Of a stretch of DNA of 64,000 nucleotides, positions 27,841 through 35,678 are shown piece after piece. Numbering within the stretch: position 1 is the first letter of the stretch; each line of letters begins with the position of its first letter. The position numbers and the translations under genes were made by a program. Under the pieces are notes generated by a model. It made no database searches, was not told the origin of the DNA, and saw only the letters and a program-made list of their open reading frames with translations. Source of the DNA: an uncultured Succinivibrio sp. (GTDB lineage Bacteria; Pseudomonadota; Gammaproteobacteria; Enterobacterales; Succinivibrionaceae); NCBI GenBank assembly GCA_900770725.1, contig CAAGLL010000013.1:23332-87331 (forward strand), in the 5' to 3' direction.

Positions 27841-28743
27841 TCAGCCGCGCAGGCCGCCCAGCATCGAGTTTTCGCGCTCGCGCTTGGCCTCGGCCTGGGC
27901 CTTGGCCACGTCGGCTGCGATGCGCTTTTGCTTCCTCACCATCGAGAGCCAGCCGATGAAGGTGCCGATGGACGCCACGAAGATGATGATGGCGGCCAGG
28001 GCGTTGATCTCAGGGGAGAGGCCGCGGCGGATCGACGAGAAGATCAGCATCGGCAGGGTCGTCGACTCAGGGCCGGCGATGAAGCTGGTGATGACCAGAT
28101 CGTCCATCGACATCGTGAACGAGAGCAGGAACGCGGCGACCTCGGCGGGCATGAGCGAGGGCAGCATGATCGCGAAGAACACCTTGAGCGGGCCGGCGCC
28201 GAGATCCTTGGCCGCCTCCTCGACCGAGGTGTCGAGCTCGATGAAGCGCGAGCGGATCACCACGGTGGCGTAGGCCGAGCAGAAGGTCACGTGCGCCACC
28301 CAGATGGCGATGATGCCGCGGTCGGCGAAGACCGGGATGAAGTCGCCCAGCGTGACGTAGAGCATGAGAAGCGCCAGGCCGGTGATGACCTCGGGCAGCA
28401 CCATCGGGGCGGTCATGAAGAGCATGAACGCCGACTCGCCGGCGAAGTGGCGCACGCGCACCATCACGAAGGCGGCCATGGTGCCGATGACGACCGAGGC
28501 GGCCGCCGCCATCACGGCGATGGTCAGCGACATGCACAGCGCCGAGATGATCGCCGAGTCGTGCACGAGGACGTTGTACCAGTGCAGCGAGAAGTGGGTC
28601 CAGATGGTGACCATCTTCGACTCGTTGAACGAGTACACCACCAACGTCATGATCGGCGTGTACAGGAAGATGAGCGCTAAAAGCAGGATCACCGCCTTGG
28701 CGATGTTCGAGGCGCCGTGGTGCTTCAGGAATCCCTTCATCAT
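27841..28743 (-). CDS. potI: Putrescine ABC transporter permease PotI
   Basis: YSFNESK, PMVLPEVITG, EEAAKDLGA, DDLVITSF, TTLPMLIFS, PEINALA. Confidence 0.88.
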   Translation of the reverse strand: MMKGFLKHHGASNIAKAVILLLALIFLYTPIMTLVVYSFNESKMVTIWTHFSLHWYNVLVHDSAIISALCMSLTIAVMAAAASVVIGTMAAFVMVRVRHFAGESAFMLFMTAPMVLPEVITGLALLMLYVTLGDFIPVFADRGIIAIWVAHVTFCSAYATVVIRSRFIELDTSVEEAAKDLGAGPLKVFFAIMLPSLMPAEVAAFLLSFTMSMDDLVITSFIAGPESTTLPMLIFSSIRRGLSPEINALAAIIIFVASIGTFIGWLSMVRKQKRIAADVAKAQAEAKRERENSMLGGLRG

Positions 28744-29729
28744 GCGGCCTCCGCCTTCTTTCTCTGCGACTTGAAGAAGATGACGATCGGGATGGCGAGG
28801 ATCGTCAGCATGACGATCGCCACCGCCGAGGCCAGCGGCCAGTCGCGGTTGTTGAAGAACTCCTGCCAGAGGATGCGGCCGATGAGGATCGACCCCTTGC
28901 CGCCCAGGAGCTCAGGGATCACGTACTCGCCCAGTGCCGGGATGAACACGAGCATCGAGCCTGCGATGATGCCCGAGCGGGTCTGCGGCACCAGCACCGA
29001 GAAGAAGGTCTTCACGGGGCGGGCGCCTAAGTCGTAGGCGGCCTCGATGAGCGTGTAGTCGACCTTGAGCAGCGCCGTGAACAGCGGCAGCACCATGTAG
29101 GGCAGGTAGCAGTAGACGATGCCCACGTAGACGGCGAAGTCCGTCTGCAGCATGTGGATCGGGCTGTCGATCACCCCCAGGGCCATGAGCACGTCGTTGA
29201 TGAGGCCGTCCTTCTTCAGGAGGGCCATCCAGGCGTAGATGCGCACCACGAACGAGGTCCAGCTCGGCATGATGAGGAGCATGAACATGATGTTGCGCGT
29301 CGCCGGCCGGCACTTGGAGAGCGCCCAGGCTATCGGGTAGCCGATGAACAGGCACAGGAGCGTGGAGAAGCTCGCGACCTCCAGGGACTTCAGGTAGGAC
29401 TTCATGTAGGTCCCGTCCTCGTCCGTGAATATGAAGGTGTAGTTCTCCAGGTGGAGGATTATCTGCATCGCCCCGTCCTCGAAGGTCACGATCGGGGAGT
29501 AGGGCGGGATGGCTATCTCCGTCACCGAAAGCGAGATCTTGAAGATGATCAGGAACGGCATCAGGAAGAACAGGATCATCCACAGGTAGGGGACGAGGAT
29601 CAGCAGCCTCTCGCGCCAGGTGATCTCGCGGCGGGCGAGCAGCAGCTCGGCCTTGCGGCGCCTGCGCGGGCCTGCGTTGAGCTTGCGGCGGATCAGCGCC
29701 TGCGTGGCGTTCAGTGCGGATATGGGCAT
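28740..29729 (-). CDS. potH: Putrescine ABC transporter permease PotH
   Basis: PSWTSFVVRIYAW, YLPYMVLP, EAAYDLGA, GEYVIPELLGG, EFFNNRDWP. Confidence 0.9.
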   Translation of the reverse strand: MPISALNATQALIRRKLNAGPRRRRKAELLLARREITWRERLLILVPYLWMILFFLMPFLIIFKISLSVTEIAIPPYSPIVTFEDGAMQIILHLENYTFIFTDEDGTYMKSYLKSLEVASFSTLLCLFIGYPIAWALSKCRPATRNIMFMLLIMPSWTSFVVRIYAWMALLKKDGLINDVLMALGVIDSPIHMLQTDFAVYVGIVYCYLPYMVLPLFTALLKVDYTLIEAAYDLGARPVKTFFSVLVPQTRSGIIAGSMLVFIPALGEYVIPELLGGKGSILIGRILWQEFFNNRDWPLASAVAIVMLTILAIPIVIFFKSQRKKAEAA

Positions 29730-29745
29730 TGCAAAGCCTCCCCCA

Positions 29746-30984
29746 TCAGATGGTCAGCGCAATGCAGGACTCGGGGTCCCAGCTCAAGTACACGTGGTCG
29801 TCCCAGATGGGCAGGCCGGTCTTGAAGCGGTCGACGTTGGGCAGCGTCGAGGCCACGAGCCTGCCCGAGGGCAGCCTCACGTAGTAGATGGAGATGTCGC
29901 CTAAGTAGGCGATGTTCTCCACGTCGCCCTCGCAGCAGTTCGACCCGCCGGTGTCCTCGTCTGGGATCTTGGAGATGTAGACCTTCTCGGGGCGCAGCGC
30001 GATGGTCAGCGGCATGCCGTCTGCAAGGTCGAGGTCGTGCCCCAGCTCGATGGGGGCGGGGAAGTCGTCGGTGTGGATGAGCGAGTGCTTCTGGTCTGAG
30101 GAGATCAGGGAGCAGTCAAAGAGGTTCACCGAGCCTATGAACTCGGCGCTGAAGCGGCAGTTGGGGTTCTCGTAGATCTCGCGCGGGCCGCCTATCTGGA
30201 CGAACTCGCCGCGGTCCATGATCGCGATGCGGTCGGCCATGGTCATGGCCTCCTCCTGATCGTGGGTGACCATGATGCAGGTGACGCCGACGGTGTTGAT
30301 GATGTCCACAAGCTCAAGGCGCATCTGCTCGCGCAGCTTCTTGTCGAGCGCGCCCATCGGCTCGTCCAGGAGCAGGAGCCTGGGCTCCTTGGCAAGCGAG
30401 CGGGCCAGCGCCACGCGCTGCCTCTGGCCGCCTGAGAGCTGGTAGGGCTTGCGGTCCACGAAGGACTCCATGTGCACGAGCTTGAGCATCTTCTCGACGC
30501 GCTCGTCGATGACGCTCTTCTTCAGGTGCTCCTGCTTGAGGCCGAAGGCGATGTTCTGGCGCACGTTCATGTTGGGGAAGAGCGCGTAGGACTGGAACAT
30601 CATGTTGATGGTGCGCTTGTAGGGCGGGATGTCGACGATGTTCCTGCCCTCAAGCAGGATCGATCCCGAGGTCGGGGTCTCGAAGCCCGCGAGCATCCTC
30701 AGGAGCGTCGACTTGCCGCAGCCTGACGATCCCAACAGCGCGAAGATCTCGCCCTCGTAGACGGTGAGGTCCACTCCGTTGACGGCGCTGAAATCGCCGA
30801 ACTTCTTGGTCAGGTCTGAGATTTCGAGGATGGGCTTCTTGTGCTGCTCGACCGGGGAGGCCTTCTGGCCTGGCAGGTCGCCCGGGCGGTGGGTGTTCTT
30901 GGCGGCAGGCTTGGGCTCCTTGGCCGCCGGTGAAGGGTCCTGCGGCTTGGCTGCCGCGGCATCCGTGCGCTGTGAAGCTTCCAC
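29746..30984 (-). CDS. potG: Putrescine ABC transporter ATPase PotG
   Basis: GSSGCGKS, LSGGQRQ, LLLDEPMGALDKKLRE, TOBE-like C-terminus; GTG start is uncertain. Confidence 0.88.
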   Translation of the reverse strand: MEASQRTDAAAAKPQDPSPAAKEPKPAAKNTHRPGDLPGQKASPVEQHKKPILEISDLTKKFGDFSAVNGVDLTVYEGEIFALLGSSGCGKSTLLRMLAGFETPTSGSILLEGRNIVDIPPYKRTINMMFQSYALFPNMNVRQNIAFGLKQEHLKKSVIDERVEKMLKLVHMESFVDRKPYQLSGGQRQRVALARSLAKEPRLLLLDEPMGALDKKLREQMRLELVDIINTVGVTCIMVTHDQEEAMTMADRIAIMDRGEFVQIGGPREIYENPNCRFSAEFIGSVNLFDCSLISSDQKHSLIHTDDFPAPIELGHDLDLADGMPLTIALRPEKVYISKIPDEDTGGSNCCEGDVENIAYLGDISIYYVRLPSGRLVASTLPNVDRFKTGLPIWDDHVYLSWDPESCIALTI

Positions 30985-31288
30985 TTCAGTTCATCTCCAG
31001 CAGTTTGAACATGGCGGCCGGGGCCGCCCTCCAAGTGGGCGCGAGCGCCCTGAATTTGGTTGTGCTCATGTTAGATGATCCAGCAGGATGCGCAAGCGGC
31101 TTTTTGCGTTTTTAACGAAAAAGCACGGGGCCAGGACAGGCGGCACCAAAAGGCGCCTTCCATGGGCTTTTTTGAGCCGCCTCCCGTTTCACGGCACGGA
31201 AAGTAAATCTTGTGCGAAAGCAGTCTGAGAATGGCCGGTGGAGGCTGAAACAATTTATCGGAAGCGTCCTTGTTTCCCAGAACAACAC

Positions 31289-31307
31289 TATAATGGGAAC
31301 TGTTATC
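31289..31307 (+). promoter_or_regulatory. Fur/PerR-like box overlapping the -10 of ahpC
   Basis: TATAATGGGAACTGTTATC matches 13/19 of GATAATGATAATCATTATC and begins with TATAAT. Confidence 0.5.
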
Positions 31308-31350
31308 AATAATAACAAAAACAAATCGACAACAACTACAAGGAGGCAAC

Positions 31351-31914
31351 ATGCCTTTTCTGAACCAAGACGTCCCAGCCCTCACCGTTCAAGCCTACCA
31401 CGCAGGCAAGCTTGAGCAGATCGACCTCAAGGCGACCGCTGGGAAGTGGACGGTGATCCTCTTCTATCCTGCCGACTTCACCTTCGTCTGCCCCACCGAG
31501 CTTGCGGACTTGAACTCGCACTTGGACGAGTTTGAAAAGGCGGGCTGCCGCGTGTTCTCATCGTCCACCGACTCGGTGTACGTCCACAAGGCCTGGGCCG
31601 ACGCCACCCAGACCATCCGCGACCTGCGCTACCCGATGATCGGCGACCGCTCCATGGCCCTCGCCCGCGCCTTCAACGTGCTCGATGAGCAGGCAGGCGT
31701 GGCGCAGCGCGCGACCATCATCCTCGATCCCGAGGGCAAGGTGCGCGGCTTCGAGGTCATCGACGGCAGCGTCGGCCGCAACGCGGCTGAAATACTCCGC
31801 CGCATCGAGGCCCTCGAGTTCGTCCGCGAGCACGGCGACAACGTCTGCCCGGCCAACTGGCACCCGGGCGCCAAGACGCTCAAGCCCTCGCTTGATCTTG
31901 TCGGAAAGCTTTAA
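31351..31914 (+). CDS. ahpC: Alkyl hydroperoxide reductase C (2-Cys peroxiredoxin)
   Basis: FYPADFTFVCPTE, GRNAAE, VCPANW, LKPSLDLVGK. Confidence 0.95.
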   Translation: MPFLNQDVPALTVQAYHAGKLEQIDLKATAGKWTVILFYPADFTFVCPTELADLNSHLDEFEKAGCRVFSSSTDSVYVHKAWADATQTIRDLRYPMIGDRSMALARAFNVLDEQAGVAQRATIILDPEGKVRGFEVIDGSVGRNAAEILRRIEALEFVREHGDNVCPANWHPGAKTLKPSLDLVGKL

Positions 31915-32522
31915 TGCCGGGGATCTTCATCGATCCATCTATGAATGGGCAGCTCCAGGCCGTGTTCTCGCGGATGGAGCGGCCCATCGTGCTTGAAGTG
32001 CAGGGCGCCTCCACGGGGCGCGGGCAGGAGCTTTTCAACGCCATGTCCGAGCTGTGCGCGCTCACGACCAAGCTCTCGCTCAAGCCCACGGAGGAAGGAG
32101 AGGATCTCCCCTGCGTGAGGTTCCTCTACGAGTCCGGCAAGTGGACCGGGCTTGCGTTCCACGGGATCCCTGGCGGGCGCGAGTTCACGCCCTTCATGCT
32201 CGGGATCTACAACGCATCAGGCCGCGGCCAGTCGGTCGATCCTTCCATCCGCGAGCGCATCGCGGCGATCTCGCACCCGGTGCACATGAGGATCCTGGTC
32301 TCCAACGAGTGCATGGCCTGCCCGGAGCTGGTCATTCCCGCGCAGCGCATCGCCACCTTGAACCCCCTCATAAGCTGCGAGATCTACGACATCGCGCTCT
32401 TCCCCAACCTCGCCTGCGAGTTCGGCGCCGTCGCGGTGCCCGCGCTCAAGGCAGGTAGCCTGCCCTTGAAGTACGGGGCGATGCCAATCGAGTCGGTGCT
32501 TGACATAGTCGAGCGCGCCTGA
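31914..32522 (+). CDS. Stand-alone AhpF N-terminal (double thioredoxin-fold) domain protein
   Basis: FHGIPGGREFTPF and CMACP resemble the AhpF NTD; ends at 202 aa without the flavoprotein part; TAATG overlap with ahpC. Confidence 0.8.
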   Translation: MPGIFIDPSMNGQLQAVFSRMERPIVLEVQGASTGRGQELFNAMSELCALTTKLSLKPTEEGEDLPCVRFLYESGKWTGLAFHGIPGGREFTPFMLGIYNASGRGQSVDPSIRERIAAISHPVHMRILVSNECMACPELVIPAQRIATLNPLISCEIYDIALFPNLACEFGAVAVPALKAGSLPLKYGAMPIESVLDIVERA

Positions 32523-32608
32523 CGCCACCCCTCCTGCATTTCGTGTAACATCTCCAACGGGCCGTCCTGGCCTTGGCATTCTTGCGCGCAGGCGCTCTGG
32601 GAGGAAGA

Positions 32609-33826
32609 TTGGACAGTTTCAGGTCCGAGCCGCATTCTGCGGTGCTCTTTGGCATGGGGACAGAGGAGCATGTCGGCGAGGAGATCAAGCTTGCAGGCGG
32701 CTCGCGGGTGCTCATCCACTACGGCAGGCCCGGCGTGACCGATCCCGATCTGCTTGCCCGCGTGCGCCACAGCTGCGAGGACGCAGGCGTCGATTACGAG
32801 GAGCTCGGCGGCGTCTTGAAGAACGCCCGCATCGCCAAGATCGAGGAAGGGATCAGGATGTGCCGCGACGATCAGCTCGACTTCGTCCTGGCTATCGGGG
32901 GCGGCAGCGTGGTCGGCAGCGCCAAGGCCATCGCCGCGGGAGCCTGCTGGGACGGATCGTTCCGCGAGTGCATCGAGCGCGGCCGCGAGGTGAGCAGGGC
33001 GCTGCCCGTGGGCGTGATTGTCACGGTTCCGGGGAGCGGGAGCGAGCTTTCAAACAGCACCATCGTGACCGACGATCCGCCTCAGGGCGGGCGCGAGATC
33101 AGGATCTTTCAGATGAAGTCAGACTTCCTCTACGCCAAGTTCGCCATCTGCAACCCCGATCTCGTGACCTGCTTCCCAAAGCACCTGGCGCTCTCGTTTG
33201 CCAACATCTTCGCCAGGGTGTGCGGCAACTTCTTCAACGGGGCCTGCCAGGGGCTCAACGAGGAGCTGTGCACCGCCACCTTGAGGGTGCTGGTGCGCAG
33301 CCTGCGCCGCCTCCAGATAGATCCCTCGGACACCGCGGCGCTCTCAGACCTCATGGGCGCGGGAGTCGACGCCTATACGAGGCCCGGATCCGCCGAATGC
33401 GCCGAAGAGGCCGTGGAGGGATTCGCGCTGGCCTTCAAGCAGCTCTACGACTGCGCCCACGGCAAGGCCGTCGGGGTGATCTTCCCGGCATGGGCCGAGA
33501 GCGTGCTCTACAAGGACGTCCTGAAGATGGCAAGGCTGATGTCCGGGGCCTTCTCGATCCCCTGGGACAGGCGCGAGGCGGGGGCCGAGGCCTGCGCGCG
33601 GGCCGGGCTTGCCACGGTGAGGCGGATCTTCAGGAGCCTCTCGCTGCCCTCGGGGTTTGAGGACCTGGGCGGCAGCGGCGAGGACATCGCAAGGCTCCTT
33701 GACATCGCGGGGCTCAAGGACGGCGCGACGCTCGGCACCTACGAGAAGCTCGACCGCGACCGCTGCGAGGCCATGCTCTCGCTGGCGCTCATTGAAAAGG
33801 CGCGCGGGAGCTTGCAGGGGGCCTGA
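32609..33826 (+). CDS. Iron-containing alcohol dehydrogenase (Bdh/YqhD) homologue with degenerate metal site
   Basis: TTG start after GGAGG; VLFGMG, DFVLAIGGGSV, TVPGSGSE, FAICNP; most metal ligands replaced. Confidence 0.8.
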   Translation: MDSFRSEPHSAVLFGMGTEEHVGEEIKLAGGSRVLIHYGRPGVTDPDLLARVRHSCEDAGVDYEELGGVLKNARIAKIEEGIRMCRDDQLDFVLAIGGGSVVGSAKAIAAGACWDGSFRECIERGREVSRALPVGVIVTVPGSGSELSNSTIVTDDPPQGGREIRIFQMKSDFLYAKFAICNPDLVTCFPKHLALSFANIFARVCGNFFNGACQGLNEELCTATLRVLVRSLRRLQIDPSDTAALSDLMGAGVDAYTRPGSAECAEEAVEGFALAFKQLYDCAHGKAVGVIFPAWAESVLYKDVLKMARLMSGAFSIPWDRREAGAEACARAGLATVRRIFRSLSLPSGFEDLGGSGEDIARLLDIAGLKDGATLGTYEKLDRDRCEAMLSLALIEKARGSLQGA

Positions 33827-33847
33827 GGGCAATCCCCGCGCAGCGCT

Positions 33848-33890
33848 TGATCTGAAAAGCCGCGGACTTGTGCCGCGGCTTTTCAGATCA
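33848..33890. terminator. Bidirectional terminator between convergent genes
   Basis: 18-bp perfect stem TGATCTGAAAAGCCGCGG/CCGCGGCTTTTCAGATCA. Confidence 0.8.
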
Positions 33891-33901
33891 TGGGATAAGC
33901 C

Positions 33902-35629
33902 TTACTTCTTCTCGGATCCCTGATCGTCCGAGTCCTCGTCGGCCCCCTCGGGCAGGGCCTCGCTTTCCACCTCGTCCTCGTCGTCCTTGGGCACGTCCTC
34001 GTCCTTTACGTCGTCCTCCTGCTTGAACACGTCGAAGAGCTTTGAGAGGAAGCCCGGGATGATGTCGAAGATCTCGGTCGAGACGTGCTCGGTGGGCAGG
34101 TAGAGATCCTCGCCCTTGACCGTGAGGGTCACCGAGGGCGCGCCCAGGTTGTAGAAGTCGCGGAAGGGGATCGGGCACTCGGCGCGCAGCGCCTTGACCG
34201 CCTGATCCACTCCCACCGGGCGGATGAAGCAGCAGTCGGAGGCCGAGGTCTCGCCTGCGAACTTGATCTGCTGCACGAAGTCCGAGTTGAAGCTGTCCAC
34301 GGCGTCGCTGATGCGGCGGTAGACCTCGCGGTCGCCCGAGTTGTTCTGGCGGATCTGCTGCTGGGGGATGAAGTTGCTCCCAAGGCAGATGACCACCGAA
34401 GGGCGGGGCAGGCGGGCCAGGTCGTTGAGCCTCTCGATGACCGCCTGCACGGTCTCCTCGCGGGTGTACTCCTTCTTTGCGCAGCGGTTGAGCAGCCCGT
34501 CGATGGCCGCCTGCAGATCGCCGCGGTAGTGCCTGGAGGCGCGGTAGAAGAGATCGGAGTAGGAGAGCACCTCGGCGTCGCGCACCTCGGGCAGGTACTC
34601 CTGGTCGAGCATGGTCAGCAGATCGTTCTCGCGGTTCTCGATGGCCGTGCAGCTCTCCTCAAGCGCCTCTGCGGCAAGCGACTTCAGAACCTCGATGAGA
34701 TCCAGGAGGTTGAGGTTCAGGAAGGGCAGCTCGAAGGAGACGAGCGCCGAGTCCGGGGTCCTGGGGCTCAGCATCGGGGGCATGAGCATCGAGCGGAACA
34801 CCGGGACGAACGGGCGCTTCGACAGGCGCGAGGTCACCTTGGGGTTGAGCTCCATCTTCTCGATGATGCGCGAACTCACCTGGGTGGGGCTGAAGCCCTT
34901 GAAGGGATCGGCGCTGTCAGCGCCCTTGCCCAGGATGTAGAAGCACAGCTCGGCGCGGCCCATGTTCGCCGTGTAGAGGTTGAGGTTGTTCTCGTCGTTC
35001 GAGCGGTTCTCGGGCTTGAAGGCCACGGTGAGCTTGAGATCCAGGTGGTTCTCGCTTAGGAGCGAGTGTATGTAGGGCATGCACTCGCGGATCCCGGTGT
35101 TGCCGGAGATGGTCTGGGAGGTGCACACGAACAGGAGGTTGAACGGCAGCTCGTAGAGGCGGTCGGAGGCCTCCTTAACGAGCGTGAGCAGCGCCCCGGT
35201 CACGCCCTTGGACTCGAACGAGCCCAGGCCGTAGAGAGTGTTCGAGTAGGAGAGCGCCTGCGCCTTGTCGTTCTTCTTGATGATCCCGCGCAGCTTCTCC
35301 TTGAGCTCGTCGGGCTTGAAGGAGAGGGGCTTCAACATCGCGTAGGAGTCGTTGCCCGAGGTGTCGGACGAGCAGAGCACGCAGAGCGTCTCGCGGGTGA
35401 TGCCGCCGTCTATCTTGACAAGGGCGACCACCGAGTGGTGCTTCTGATCGGAGTGGGGGACGTAGAGCACGTCGTTGCGGTGGGTCCTGAAGTAGGAGAT
35501 CCCGCAGACGGTGTCGTAGATGGCCTTGGAGATCTCCATCTCCCCGTGGGTCGAGGTGATGGACGGAATGGAGATCAGCCACTTCGTCAGTGCGATCGCC
35601 TCTTCCTTGAAGTTTATGAATTCAAACAA
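33902..35629 (-). CDS. RocB-like M20 peptidase-fold protein, degenerate active site
   Basis: LISIPSITSTHGE start, FKPDEL, LYGLGSFESKG, DPFKG, SASDC; length and layout fit RocB. Confidence 0.7.
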   Translation of the reverse strand: MFEFINFKEEAIALTKWLISIPSITSTHGEMEISKAIYDTVCGISYFRTHRNDVLYVPHSDQKHHSVVALVKIDGGITRETLCVLCSSDTSGNDSYAMLKPLSFKPDELKEKLRGIIKKNDKAQALSYSNTLYGLGSFESKGVTGALLTLVKEASDRLYELPFNLLFVCTSQTISGNTGIRECMPYIHSLLSENHLDLKLTVAFKPENRSNDENNLNLYTANMGRAELCFYILGKGADSADPFKGFSPTQVSSRIIEKMELNPKVTSRLSKRPFVPVFRSMLMPPMLSPRTPDSALVSFELPFLNLNLLDLIEVLKSLAAEALEESCTAIENRENDLLTMLDQEYLPEVRDAEVLSYSDLFYRASRHYRGDLQAAIDGLLNRCAKKEYTREETVQAVIERLNDLARLPRPSVVICLGSNFIPQQQIRQNNSGDREVYRRISDAVDSFNSDFVQQIKFAGETSASDCCFIRPVGVDQAVKALRAECPIPFRDFYNLGAPSVTLTVKGEDLYLPTEHVSTEIFDIIPGFLSKLFDVFKQEDDVKDEDVPKDDEDEVESEALPEGADEDSDDQGSEKK

Positions 35630-35678
35630 TTGGAACCCCAGAGCGGCGTCTTAAGGCGCCGCGGTGTGTTAAGCGCGG

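Noticed and set aside
30986..30994. ATG-AAC-TGA minigene just before the potG start
   Set aside because: GGAG abuts this ATG with no spacer and fits the downstream GTG better
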